In this document: positions 17,261 through 27,085 of the stretch, piece by piece
Position numbering within the stretch: the stretch's first letter is position 1
How the letters are laid out: each line of letters starts with the position of its first letter
Source of the DNA: Opitutales bacterium
GTDB taxonomy: Bacteria > Verrucomicrobiota > Verrucomicrobiia > Opitutales > PNEW01
Direction of reading: 5' to 3'
DNA length: 32,000 bases
NCBI GenBank assembly: GCA_965219535.1
Contig: CBDCNV010000002.1
Span: 1,860,001 to 1,892,000 of the forward strand
Position numbers and translations under genes: made by a program
Notes under the pieces: generated by a model
What the model was told of the DNA's origin: nothing
Seen by the model: the letters and a program-made list of their open reading frames with translations, nothing else
The model's database searches: none

Positions 17261-18541
17261 TCAATAAGGTTTTCTGTAACGTACGCCGTTTTTATCTTTA
17301 AAAATTATATGTCGAGCGCTGCCGTCTACTTCAATTAATCTTATTTCCAATTCATCACTGACGGTGGAATTCACATTATATACGGTACCATTCAAAAGTG
17401 CGGCGTGGCGATCACCTTTAGATTTTACCCCCTGAACAACAAGGCCATTCAAGAAATCGACAACTGCCGGATCGGGTGTTGGTTTATGAACAACGGGTGG
17501 AGGCGCGTTATTAACCCCTGACGGGGCTGTATCTTCGGTTAATGGTTCACCACTGCTTGGTGGCTGAGAAGGACTGGGATCTTTTGCAATACTGGGTCGA
17601 ACATTCCTCGTAATTGTTGGACTTGGTTCTTTGGTATCAGTGGGTTCCGAAAAAGGAGAATTGGGATCCGTATAGATTTCCCCAAAATCTGAATCGGGGT
17701 CCGTATAGGGGCTTTGAATATCGCTAAAAGAACCAGATGATTTCACAATCGAAGGAGCGGGAGCAGGATCGGGAGGTGTATCTTCCTGTGTAATTGCATC
17801 TTCATCTGCAGGTTCTGTTGTATCTGATGTAAAGGCTTTAGCGATGAGATAAATCGCCCCGACAAATAGCAGCGCGACAAAGAAAAAAGCTGCAGCAATT
17901 TTGAAAAAAGCCCCAGTATTTGAAGTGGATTTAGGTTTTCCTGTTCCAGTAGTTTCAACTTTTGGAACCTCCGGTTTTTTAACTTTCGGTGGAGCCGGAG
18001 GGGGTGGTTTTACCTTATCATTTGGGGGCTTTTGTTCTTCTTCTTTAGATTCAGTTTTCTGGGGTGGAGGAATTGGCGGTTTAGTAGAGAGTTTCTTTTC
18101 TTCTGGAACTGGTGATGGTTCTTCAATCTCTGGCACTAATGGGTCAGCTGGAACATCTTCCGAAGGTGGTGGCGGAGGAGGCTCTTCAATTTCGGGGACT
18201 AAAGCTTTTTCCGTAACTTGCTCCTGTTCTGGTGGGGAGGCGATTTCTGGAGGCGGTTCATTAATGAGCGGTTCGCTGGGTTGCTCTTGTTTTTCCCCTG
18301 TATCATCAGTGGGTTCTCGACGCAGACTCATTTTAGGTTTAGCTTGTTCAGCTTCCTGCGCCGGTGGAGAATCACTCGTCTCTTTTTTCTCTTCTACTTC
18401 AGCGGAATTTGCCTCTTCCTCTGGTGAGGGTTTCTTTAAAGAAAGGCGAATTTTAGGCTTATCATCTGTAGAGCCTGATTCGGTGTTGTCAGGTGAATTT
18501 GCCTGATCTTCAGAATTGTTTGGAGTAGATGAATCCGTCAT
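17261..18541 (-). CDS. Pro/Glu-rich bitopic membrane protein with a GspB/GspC-HR-like C-terminal domain
   Basis: It has a ~215-aa acidic, Pro-rich N-terminus containing a duplicated LVPEIEEP unit (18116-18202). This is followed by a TM (FFKIAAAFFFVALLFVGAIYLIA), a Pro/Ser-rich linker and the C-terminus FLNGLVVQGVKSKGDRHAALLNGTVYNVNSTVSDELEIRLIEVDGSARHIIFKDKNG. That C-terminus is paralogous to the C-terminus of the upstream gene. The ATG is at 18541; the ORF track uses TTG at 18547. Confidence 0.45.
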   Translation of the reverse strand: MTDSSTPNNSEDQANSPDNTESGSTDDKPKIRLSLKKPSPEEEANSAEVEEKKETSDSPPAQEAEQAKPKMSLRREPTDDTGEKQEQPSEPLINEPPPEIASPPEQEQVTEKALVPEIEEPPPPPPSEDVPADPLVPEIEEPSPVPEEKKLSTKPPIPPPQKTESKEEEQKPPNDKVKPPPPAPPKVKKPEVPKVETTGTGKPKSTSNTGAFFKIAAAFFFVALLFVGAIYLIAKAFTSDTTEPADEDAITQEDTPPDPAPAPSIVKSSGSFSDIQSPYTDPDSDFGEIYTDPNSPFSEPTDTKEPSPTITRNVRPSIAKDPSPSQPPSSGEPLTEDTAPSGVNNAPPPVVHKPTPDPAVVDFLNGLVVQGVKSKGDRHAALLNGTVYNVNSTVSDELEIRLIEVDGSARHIIFKDKNGVRYRKPY

Positions 18542-19307
18542 CGTCAATTAATATTACTTCTCTAGGTTTAATCTCTTTAACTCTTAAATTCAACTCATTA
18601 TTTATCATCGAATCTACGCCAAATACCTTATTCCCCATCAAAATCTTACTATTTCGATCTGAAATCCGTATACCTCGGATTTGCATCTGTTTTACGTAGG
18701 CTATACTGGCGGGATTTGGTTTATCTCGATCGCCATCAATTGAAAGCGAATTGTCTGTAATAGATACTGAAATTGAGCTTTTAGTTTGGGTATCGATTGA
18801 TGATGCCGGCGCGACTGACGCTATTAACTGGGGATTAACGCCATCAGTCCCTGGTGATTGGGTTGATGCAAGGATATCACCTGTATGAGGCGCTGTAACG
18901 TTAGTATTAGAAGACACATCACTTTGGAATGAATTAATTGAGTTGGGGGCTATGCTGTCAGTATTATCACTCCCTCTTGCTTGTGATTGACCCCCGGCAA
19001 TGTCATTTGCCAGAGAAGACTGCTGTGCAGGTGTTAGGCTTACAGGTTGTTGAGGCACAACAACAATCTGTCCACCCTCACTATTCCTATCCATTATACT
19101 AATAACGAGAAATGCGATAAAACTGGCGATAATGATCGTGAACATCATAACCCCAAGGAGAACTTTGAAGATATCTGATTGTCCAGATCCTGTTGCAGAT
19201 GGTGTGGATGAGAGCGAAGACGATGCTGGCGTTGCGACTGCGGATGTCGCTTCACTTTCAGTCTGCACCTGCTGGGCCTTTTTAAGGGCTTCATTAATAA
19301 GGCTCAT
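18510..19307 (-). CDS. GspB-like type II secretion accessory protein
   Basis: The likely start is MSLINEALKKAQQ, comparable with the MS.IL.ALRKAE N-termini of GspB/ExeB-type proteins. It has a single TM (LLGVMMFTIIIASFIAFLVISI) and a Ser/Thr/Gln-rich linker. The C-terminus is IRGIRISDRNSKILMGNKVFGVDSMINNELNLRVKEIKPREVILIDDDG. Its ATG overlaps the gspA stop (ATGA at 19304-19307). Confidence 0.5.
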   Translation of the reverse strand: MSLINEALKKAQQVQTESEATSAVATPASSSLSSTPSATGSGQSDIFKVLLGVMMFTIIIASFIAFLVISIMDRNSEGGQIVVVPQQPVSLTPAQQSSLANDIAGGQSQARGSDNTDSIAPNSINSFQSDVSSNTNVTAPHTGDILASTQSPGTDGVNPQLIASVAPASSIDTQTKSSISVSITDNSLSIDGDRDKPNPASIAYVKQMQIRGIRISDRNSKILMGNKVFGVDSMINNELNLRVKEIKPREVILIDDDGFIYSKQF

Positions 19308-19655
19308 TTTATACGCAACTCCTTTAATGCCCGCCTGACGTCCCAATAAGTCACTTCATCAGAAGACCTAATATAGGAGGAAAGTAACGATTTGTCACAT
19401 ATATTATTAATCATTCTGGGAATGCCTTTACTTGCATTATAAACTTTCTTTAAAGCCGGATGAGTAAATCGCGGACGACCTTCACTCCCTGCGAGTGTTA
19501 ATCGGTGATGAATGTATCGCTGCGTATCTTCATAATTTAGCGATTCGAGATTATAATAAACTAAGATTCTCTGCCTTAGCTGTCTTAAGCGGTTCTGAGA
19601 CAATTTTTCTTTCAGCTCGGGTTGCCCTTGATCGGACCCCGTTTTTCGTACCAAT

Positions 19656-20621
19656 TTAAGTGAGAGAGTTACCGGGTGTTAATGGTTTTAGGATTGATGT
19701 ATATGAGAGATCTTGGCGAAGTGAGGGCGTAGCCCGAACGCGGCCAAGATCGGAAAGGAATCTGACAAACTCTTGTGGGCTTTTGAAGCCTAAACGACTG
19801 TGGGGATGTTCATGGTTATAGGTCTGACGCCATTGTTCGATTACCACTTGCGCTTCAGCCACGCTGAGCAACACTTCACGGTTCAAACACTCATCGCGTA
19901 AGCGGTTGTGAAACGACTCGATGAAACCGTTTTGCCAGGGACTGCCCGGATCGATATAGATCGCCTTTATGTTATTACCGGACAACCACTGCTGCACTTG
20001 ATGAGCAATGAACTCACTGCCGTTGTCACTACGGATATAGCTGGGAGGTCCCTCCTCTTCAATGGCCTCGCTAAGCACAGAGAGGACATCGGTTGAGGTG
20101 AGTTGACGAGCGACCCGGATATCCAGGCATTTACGCGTATATGTCTTCGCTTCGCTTGAGTGTCGTCGCTTTCAGCTCCTCGGTACATCGATTAGAGTCA
20201 TCATCTTTAATGGACCGCCGTTGTCTGTACGATCATGGACAAAGTCCCAGGACCAAACGTGATTGCGACCCTTTGCTTTAGTAGGTGACCCCGTAGAGAC
20301 TCCTTGACGGTGTCTGCCCTTTTTCGGGGGCTTTACCTGCAGCCCTTCTGAACGTCGTACCGCCTGGACAAACTTCCTGCTTGTTGTCCAGCCTTCCTTT
20401 ACCAGCAAGGCACGGATGCGCCGGTAACCGTAGCGGGGATGTTTCCAGGACAAGCTCACAATCCGCTCGACCAACCGCTGAGCTTTCTCACTGGCCTGTT
20501 TGGGCCGGTAACTGAACGTTGACCAACTCAGGCTGAGATAAGCACAAGCCCTCCGCAACGAGCACAACCCTTTCTCAGCCGCAGCTTTTACTACTCGTTT
20601 CTTCTGCTTTGGGCTCACCAT
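19656..20621 (-). pseudogene. IS3-family transposase OrfB of copy B, same 45-nt in-frame insert
   Basis: Mirror image of 4944-5909 with identical translations. Confidence 0.7.
20142..20186 (-). repeat. Short TACCGAG-type insert (45 nt) in orfB of IS copy B
   Basis: The reverse complement is identical to 5379-5423. Confidence 0.75.
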
Positions 20622-20627
20622 TTTTTT
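20621..20627 (-). promoter_or_regulatory. Putative -1 frameshift A7 run of IS copy B
   Basis: Mirror of 4938-4944. Confidence 0.6.
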
Positions 20628-20692
20628 GACAGCGTTTCCTCCATTACCTGATTCTTGAGCATTTGATCTGCGAGCAGCTTCTTCAGCTCGGT

Positions 20693-20722
20693 ATGTCAGG
20701 CCTTCTCGCTTGCGCTCGTGAA
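20693..20722 (-). repeat. Short insert (30 nt) in orfA of IS copy B
   Basis: The reverse complement is identical to 4843-4872. Confidence 0.7.
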
Positions 20723-21592
20723 TTCTTTTTCCAGCTCTTTAAATCGCTTCGCATCGGCAAGTTCTAAATTGCCATATTTTTTACGCCAGCGATAGAAAGT
20801 CTGTTCGCTCAGGTTGTTTCCACGGCAGATTTCCTGTACCGTTTTACCGGTATCGGCTTGCCGCAATATTGTTATAATCTGTTCTGTTGTGTATCTTTTT
20901 CTTTTCATTGAGGTTATCTGTTTATCCCGATAACCTCTCTCTGTAAATGATACGATTTTTGGGGGTCACTCCACCCGAGCATAATGATCTGCAATAGTTT
21001 TTGCTTGTCTGTTTCCAGATTGGAAAGCAGGCGCAAGTGTTCCATTGTTTCAATCGCTAAATTTTGTGATTCGTCGATGATGAGGACAATATCTTTTCCT
21101 GCATGGATGCGATCAAGGAGCACGCGGTTTAGATGATCAATAAGATCAACTCGGCTGCTTTCCTGAGCCATTTCTGTTTCTCCCAACTCCATTAGTATGG
21201 CTTTAAGAAGCTCTGTTTCGCTTAAACGAGGATTAAGAATGAGCGCAGTTTCATAGCGCTCCGTATCTATTTCATTAAGTAATTTTCGACAGATAGTGGT
21301 TTTGCCACATCCAACTTCACCCGTTAGGACAATAAAACCTTTTTTCTCTTCAATCCCGTATAGTAAGTGAGACAGAGCATCCTGATGAGTCGCACTCAGG
21401 AAAAGAAACTTGGGATCGGGACTGATATTAAAGGGCATCTCCCGCAGACTGTAGTAACGCTGGTACATTAAGCATTAAATAGATTAACAATCTATATATC
21501 AAAAAAAAAGCGATTAGAAAACAGCAATGTGCTTTTTTCTTCTCATACGCTATCTTAAATGTTATAATAAAATCCCAAGAAGTAAATTGGCG

Positions 21593-21895
21593 ATGAAAAT
21601 ATTCAGATTACCCAGAATCATTCTAATCCTTCTTTCAGGTACGCTTTGTTTAATTATTTTTTCTATTGCTATGGTGCTCATGCAGACGTCACGCGAATAT
21701 AAGAATTTTAAAGTACGCGAACTTCAGTATGAGCAACGCTTGTTGCTAGCACGTAAAGAATTTCAAGCTAAAGAAGAGTATGTTAACCGAATGCTTAACA
21801 ACCCAGAATCTCTTGAGAGATTGGTAAGAGAAAAGCTCGGTTATGTGCGTCCGGATGAGATGATTTTTCGATTTGAGGATTCGTTAAATCGCTAA
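21593..21895 (+). CDS. ftsB: Septum formation initiator (FtsB/DivIC family)
   Basis: It has an N-terminal TM (ILILLSGTLCLIIFSIAMVL), a short coiled coil, and LERLVREKLGYVRPDEMIFRF, which is typical of the family C-terminus. The start is chosen at ATG 21593 rather than the ORF-track 21527. Confidence 0.7.
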   Translation: MKIFRLPRIILILLSGTLCLIIFSIAMVLMQTSREYKNFKVRELQYEQRLLLARKEFQAKEEYVNRMLNNPESLERLVREKLGYVRPDEMIFRFEDSLNR

Positions 21896-22040
21896 TTTCC
21901 AATACGATTAAATCGTTACTCAGCGTATACGATTTGTGTATATAATTACTATTATAATTTTAATTCGATATTTATCAAGAACATAGATAGAAGAGGATTG
22001 CTTCCTATCTTGATTATATAAAGGTAGAAAACTTCTACCG

Positions 22041-24005
22041 ATGAATATCCTAAATAAAATTAGATCTGCAGGTGAGCATGGCAATCTCTTTGAGGTTACT
22101 ATTGCTAACCTTGAAGCTTGGATTAACAGTAATTTTCTTCCCGACTGGGCGGTAGCAAGTATAGAGGAGTTAGTAGAGAGGGAAGCCTGGAACGAACTCA
22201 ACAATCGTTTTTACAAATATCTTGAGTTTGGTACAGGAGGAATGAGAGGACGCACGATAGGGGAATTTATTACCAAGGCTGAGAGGGGAATTCCCTTGGA
22301 GTTCGAGTCCCCTCAGCATCCGGCAGTCGGTGCCGCAACGCTCAATGACTTTAATATTATACGAGCTACGATAGGGCTTTTTTATTATTGCGAGCAGTAT
22401 CTGCAAAAGAATTCACCGGATGATAGGGTACCAAAAATAGTTATCGCCCACGACGTCCGTTTTTTTTCGAAGCATTTCTGTGAACTCGTCGCCTCAACAT
22501 GGGTTCGGCTTGGCGGTCGCGCAGAGATATTTAGCGGACCACGTTCTACTCCGCAGTTGAGCTTTTCCGTGCGTTATCTCGGTTCCACATGCGGCGTAGT
22601 TATCACCGCCAGTCATAATCCACCCCATGACAATGGCTTTAAAATATATTTTGATGATGGGGCACAAGTAGTCGCCCCCCATGATACTGGCATTATAAAA
22701 TGTGTAGATGAAGTCAAACTGGCGGACGTCTCAACTTTTTTAATTAAAGAACTGGACGAAGTCGTTACCTTACCCCTTTCACTTGATCAAGCCTACCTCG
22801 ATGGGCTTGAAGAGAATATATTAGATCCGGGACTTTTTAAGAAAAATAAACTACGAATAGTTTTCACGCCCATCCATGGAACGGGGGGTATCATTTCCTT
22901 GCCTTTAATGGAACGGTTCGGAATCGAAGTGATTCCAGTCGAGCAGCAGATAAAGATGGACCCACGATTTCCAACCGTAAAATCTCCTAATCCTGAAAAC
23001 GCTGAGGCACTCTCAGAAGCAATAGCGTTAGCGAAGAATGTTAGAGCAGATCTGCTCTTTGGGACTGATCCAGACAGTGATAGAATGGGAGTCGGAGTAG
23101 CTGATAAAAATGGAGAGATGAAACTGCTAAGCGGGAACATCATCGGGGCATTACTGGCAGATTATCGGATTACTAAATTAAAAGAACTCGGGGTAGTTTC
23201 TCCAAACGGCAGCCAAAATGCAGCGATTATAAAAACATTTGTTACGACTCCATTTCAGGATTCAATAGCTGATATTCATGGAATTAAAGTTATCAACACC
23301 TTGACCGGGTTTAAATGGATAGGAGAAAAATTGAAGATTTACGAGGATCAGTTACGCGAAAAAATACTTCATACTCAGAATATAAGTTTGAATTATGACA
23401 CCACCTCCTATCGCAAACGTGCTGAACTTCTTTTACGCTATAGTACTTTCACTATATTCGGTGGTGAAGAAAGTTACGGCTACCTGGGCACTGATCGCGT
23501 ACGAGACAAAGACGCGAATGCGGCAATTGTTATTTTTTGTGAATTGGCGGCTGCGCTAAAAAGTAAAGGTAAAGATATCATCGAACACCTGGATGAATTA
23601 TATTTAAAATACGGGTACTATCTGGAAGATTTACTAAATATCTATTACGAAGGTGCAAGTGGCGCAGCTCGGATAAAGAGCATTCTTAATTCATATCGTT
23701 CACATCCACCTACCGAGATAGGTGAATATAAAGTAACAAAATTTACCGACTTCGGTAAACAGACATTGCACGACTCAGACGGTAAGGAAATCCCCAAGCA
23801 GGATTTTTATATGCTCGAGCTGGATAATGGATACTCTTACGCAGTGCGAGGTAGTGGGACAGAACCAAAAATCAAGTTCTATTTATTTGCTCAAGAAGAG
23901 GTCAGTGAACCCGGTGAACTCGATAGCGTTAAAAGAAAAACCGCAATTACTCTCAAAAGTCTAAATCAAGCAATTGAGGATGATGCTCATCGACGCGCAG
24001 GTTAA
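22041..24005 (+). CDS. Phosphoglucomutase/phosphomannomutase-family phospho-sugar mutase (PgcA-like)
   Basis: It has the active-site Ser loop TASHNPPHDNGFK, the metal loop GTDPDSDRMG, the sugar-binding GGEESYG and the phosphate-binding RGSGTEPKIKFY. Confidence 0.9.
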   Translation: MNILNKIRSAGEHGNLFEVTIANLEAWINSNFLPDWAVASIEELVEREAWNELNNRFYKYLEFGTGGMRGRTIGEFITKAERGIPLEFESPQHPAVGAATLNDFNIIRATIGLFYYCEQYLQKNSPDDRVPKIVIAHDVRFFSKHFCELVASTWVRLGGRAEIFSGPRSTPQLSFSVRYLGSTCGVVITASHNPPHDNGFKIYFDDGAQVVAPHDTGIIKCVDEVKLADVSTFLIKELDEVVTLPLSLDQAYLDGLEENILDPGLFKKNKLRIVFTPIHGTGGIISLPLMERFGIEVIPVEQQIKMDPRFPTVKSPNPENAEALSEAIALAKNVRADLLFGTDPDSDRMGVGVADKNGEMKLLSGNIIGALLADYRITKLKELGVVSPNGSQNAAIIKTFVTTPFQDSIADIHGIKVINTLTGFKWIGEKLKIYEDQLREKILHTQNISLNYDTTSYRKRAELLLRYSTFTIFGGEESYGYLGTDRVRDKDANAAIVIFCELAAALKSKGKDIIEHLDELYLKYGYYLEDLLNIYYEGASGAARIKSILNSYRSHPPTEIGEYKVTKFTDFGKQTLHDSDGKEIPKQDFYMLELDNGYSYAVRGSGTEPKIKFYLFAQEEVSEPGELDSVKRKTAITLKSLNQAIEDDAHRRAG

Positions 24006-24083
24006 ATAGGTGGATCGATATAAAACTCGAATATAAGTAATTCAGCTGTGGCATGAGGAATTTAATTCGCTAGTTTTATAAAA

Positions 24084-25346
24084 CTAAACGGACAAAGAAT
24101 TGCTCACTTGAAATACGCTGAAAATAATACTTAAAGCGATAATCGTAACGAGAATAAATGCAAAGATCAAAGCAGCAGAAGATATAACGGCTGTTAGAAT
24201 CTGCAAATAATTCGTGAGTTCTCGCCGATAAATTTTAGTTATTTCACGAAGACTATTGACGAGATTACCCGTATTTTCTCCCACCGTTAATATGTCCAAT
24301 GCAAGATCAGGCATAAATTGAGTTCGATTGAAGGCGATGGCAACGGAAGCTCCTTCTTGAATCTGTTGACGGCTTTCACTGAACTTTGCTCTCAGCTGGG
24401 TGTTGGTGAAAGTTTTTTCTGAGAGACGTAGACTTTCCGTAGTATTGATTCCACTTTCCATTAAAGTTGCCATCAGGCTTGATGACTGGAAAATTTCGGA
24501 ATAGTAAAAGATTTTCCCAATGAAGGGCATGCGTAGCAACCAGTTGTCGATTTTTTCGCGACCAACTGGTTTTTTTCGCCATTGAAGAAGAGCAATGAGA
24601 AGAATTGCGAAAACTATAATTACTAAGGGGGCAGATTTGAGCGCAATATCTGAACCATTAATAAGAATTTTAGCAAATAACTGTATTTCTCCACCAAGAG
24701 TTAAAAGCATGGATCGAATTTTTGGGAGGAGGAAAAAGAGAAAGAAGCCGACGACGGCAAAAGCTATTACACAGATAAAAACCGGATAAGCCAGGCTACT
24801 GAGAATACGATTACGCAACTCTGCGGTTTCTTCCATATGGGTTACGATTTTCTCAAGGATTGGTGTAAGGTTGCCGGTAGCTTCACCTGCTTCCACGAGG
24901 TGGACGCTGGATTCATTGAAAACCTCTGGCATCTCTGCCATTGATTTAGACAGGGTGTAACCTTCGCTAAGATTCCTCCAAATTTTATCGCAAAGAACTT
25001 TAATATAGGGATCGTTCAAGCGTTGACTCATCAACCGGACCGCATCTCCAAGCGGCATACCACTGGCAAGCAGCTCACTTAATTTTTGCATAAAATTAAG
25101 CGCTAATTTCCGTTTTGATTGTATCCTGAATGTCGGTCGAAAATGTTTAAACCATCGACTGCCTTTCAACGTATGAGGCGCGTGATCTTGGTTCTTATTT
25201 CCAGTTTGGTCTAATAGGGTAATTGTAAGCGGTTTAATATCCTGAGCCATGAGCTTCTGGATTACCTGCCTGCGATCTACAGCATCCATATCACCTGTTA
25301 TCGTATCGCCGGCAGGAGCAATAGCTTTATATAAAAAGGTAGGCAT
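24084..25346 (-). CDS. gspF: Type II secretion inner-membrane platform protein GspF (PilC family)
   Basis: 420 aa. It has a duplicated T2SSF domain and 3 TMs. The N-terminus FLYKAI...G...G...A.....V...L...DI.P and the C-terminal pattern are typical. Confidence 0.9.
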   Translation of the reverse strand: MPTFLYKAIAPAGDTITGDMDAVDRRQVIQKLMAQDIKPLTITLLDQTGNKNQDHAPHTLKGSRWFKHFRPTFRIQSKRKLALNFMQKLSELLASGMPLGDAVRLMSQRLNDPYIKVLCDKIWRNLSEGYTLSKSMAEMPEVFNESSVHLVEAGEATGNLTPILEKIVTHMEETAELRNRILSSLAYPVFICVIAFAVVGFFLFFLLPKIRSMLLTLGGEIQLFAKILINGSDIALKSAPLVIIVFAILLIALLQWRKKPVGREKIDNWLLRMPFIGKIFYYSEIFQSSSLMATLMESGINTTESLRLSEKTFTNTQLRAKFSESRQQIQEGASVAIAFNRTQFMPDLALDILTVGENTGNLVNSLREITKIYRRELTNYLQILTAVISSAALIFAFILVTIIALSIIFSVFQVSNSLSV

Positions 25347-25384
25347 AGAGCTGAATCAAATATGAAAATACGGGTTCAGGAACT

Positions 25385-27073
25385 TTAAGCATCATCAGCT
25401 AATTTAGACACACGCATGACTTCATCGAGTGAAGTGTTTCCCTGGAGTACCTGATTCCAACCTGCATGCTGCAAGGTCATCATTCCAGATTTAATCGCCT
25501 GTTGACGAATTAACCTTGAAGTCTGTTTCTGAATAATCAGTTCATGAATTACATCATTGACCCGGAGATTTTCATAAATGCCAATCCTCCCTCGATAGCC
25601 AAAGTTGTGACAATTTTCGCAGCCAACAGGTTCGTAAATAGTAGCTGCCAGATCTTGATCTGTAGGTTTTATTTGCAGGGTCTGAAGGCTTTTCGCTAGA
25701 AATTCAGAATCATGTTGTGCGGATTTTCTACACACTTTGCACAGACACCTAACCAGTCTTTGAGCGATGATGAGCTCAACTGAGGATGCAATCAAAAATG
25801 GCTCAATTTCCATATCGATTAGTCGGGTGAGGGCACCTGGCGCATCGTTTGTGTGCAGAGTGCTGAATACCAGATGACCTGTAAGAGCGGCGCGAATCGC
25901 AATTTCTGCTGTTTCACGATCTCGGATCTCACCAACCATAATGACATCAGGATCTTGTCGCAGGACATGGCGAAGGGCACCAGCGAAATTAAGGCCAATT
26001 TCAGGATGGACTTGAATCTGATTAACACCGGGCACTTCGTATTCGACAGGATCTTCGATCGTGATGATACGATTTTCGGGTTTATTAATATCACGAATAA
26101 ATGCAGTTAGTGAGGTCGACTTGCCAGCACCCGTAGGACCGGTGACGAGAATTATGCCATGGGGGAGATCGAGTACTTTTTTAATCACCGCTTGATCTTC
26201 CGGCATTAATCCTAATTCCTGAAAGCCCATGGGTTGATTCTTCTGATTAAGCAGTCGAAGACTTACGCTTTCCCCATACATCGTAGGCATTGTAGAAATT
26301 CGAATATCGAGTTCACTGGAACCAGCTCTGTAATTAATTCGCCCATCCTGTGGACGGCGTTTTTCAGAGATATTTAACTTAGCCATTATTTTAATCCGAG
26401 AAATGATCGCTCCCTGGAATTGAACGAGATTATCCGGCACGCGAATGGCCACTAACTCACCATCAATGCGGTACCGAATTTGTAGTGAATCTTTTAATGG
26501 CTCAATATGGATATCAGTTGCACGATCTTCTACTGCTGTTCGAATGATATCGTTTACGAAGCGAATGATTGCTGCATTCTCATCTTCACTTTCCTCAATA
26601 TCCCGACCACTGTGGTCATCTTCATCCATTCCGGAGTCACTCAGGCTACTCGAACCGACTCCATATTTTTGCGTGATAGTATTGATTATGTTCTTAGGTA
26701 CACCGAGATGCCAATGAGGGCGTTTTCCACAAACGGCGTAAATCCAATCATCCATCGATGCGTCCGGTGGCCATAGGGTAATTAAACAGAAAGCATCTTT
26801 ATTGGAACTGACGAATGGTAAACATTGGTATTCATGAATAAGTCGCAACGGAATCAGGTCTGTCGCATCTGGGTGCAGCTCAAATTGTTCAATGACCTCG
26901 AGATTACAGCGTTCGCCAATTTCCTGAAGAACCTGGTTTTCGTTACTATCCAGGAACTGGGACAAAAGAGTGAGGCGGTTAAGTCGTGGTGAATCCTCTA
27001 GCACTGCCTGTTGTTCAGGGTTCAGTCGCGAAATAATTTCTGCTAGAGGGTTACTTTTGATTTGGACAATCAT
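25385..27073 (-). CDS. gspE: Type II secretion ATPase GspE (PilB/GspE family)
   Basis: It has Walker [10 protein letters not shown], Asp box, Walker B and His box ([22 protein letters not shown]). The tetracysteine motif is CKVCRK...[17 protein letters not shown]. An N-terminal T2SE_N-like region is present. Confidence 0.9.
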   Translation of the reverse strand: MIVQIKSNPLAEIISRLNPEQQAVLEDSPRLNRLTLLSQFLDSNENQVLQEIGERCNLEVIEQFELHPDATDLIPLRLIHEYQCLPFVSSNKDAFCLITLWPPDASMDDWIYAVCGKRPHWHLGVPKNIINTITQKYGVGSSSLSDSGMDEDDHSGRDIEESEDENAAIIRFVNDIIRTAVEDRATDIHIEPLKDSLQIRYRIDGELVAIRVPDNLVQFQGAIISRIKIMAKLNISEKRRPQDGRINYRAGSSELDIRISTMPTMYGESVSLRLLNQKNQPMGFQELGLMPEDQAVIKKVLDLPHGIILVTGPTGAGKSTSLTAFIRDINKPENRIITIEDPVEYEVPGVNQIQVHPEIGLNFAGALRHVLRQDPDVIMVGEIRDRETAEIAIRAALTGHLVFSTLHTNDAPGALTRLIDMEIEPFLIASSVELIIAQRLVRCLCKVCRKSAQHDSEFLAKSLQTLQIKPTDQDLAATIYEPVGCENCHNFGYRGRIGIYENLRVNDVIHELIIQKQTSRLIRQQAIKSGMMTLQHAGWNQVLQGNTSLDEVMRVSKLADDA

Positions 27074-27085
27074 CAGGAGGATAAA

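Larger units (their letters stand above)
20615..20908 (-). pseudogene. IS3-family transposase OrfA of copy B, same 30-nt in-frame insert
   Basis: Mirror image of 4657-4950. Confidence 0.7.
19629..20973 (-). mobile_element. IS3-family insertion sequence, copy B (1345 bp, inverted, identical to copy A)
   Basis: All five ORF-track translations match copy A exactly, and the stretches I compared by eye are identical, including both short inserts. The flanks read CTCGGG[IS]AGGGCAACCC, a GGG (or 3-of-4 CGGG/AGGG) direct repeat. Confidence 0.9.
19304..21468 (-). pseudogene. gspA: gspA/exeA-like AAA ATPase gene split by an IS insertion
   Basis: The N-terminal part (20974-21468) reads MYQRYYSLREMPFNISPDPKFLF...LTGEVGCGKTT...LIIDESQNL...LQIIMLG. 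The C-terminal part (19304-19628) reads QPELKEKLSQNRLRQLRQRILVYYNLESL...GIPRMINNICDKSLL. Joining the two restores the conserved LxGQPEL block. Confidence 0.85.

Noticed and set aside
17901-18506. 201-aa Gly/Ser-rich ORF, and a 69-aa ORF at 18218-18427, on the plus strand
   Set aside because: They are the antisense shadow of the Pro/Glu-rich gene (CCN and GAR codons read as GGN and Ser/Phe codons). Their composition is exactly what antisense reading of that gene predicts.
4592-20973. Evidence that the segment between the inverted IS copies has already inverted (swapped target duplications)
   Set aside because: The flank of copy A (GAGC) is not matched by the reverse complement at the corresponding flank of copy B (CCCT). 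The two gspA halves remain collinear around copy B.
21920-22204. 94-aa minus-strand ORF between ftsB and the phosphohexomutase gene
   Set aside because: It overlaps the 5' end of the well-supported mutase gene and an AT-rich intergenic region, and has no motif support.
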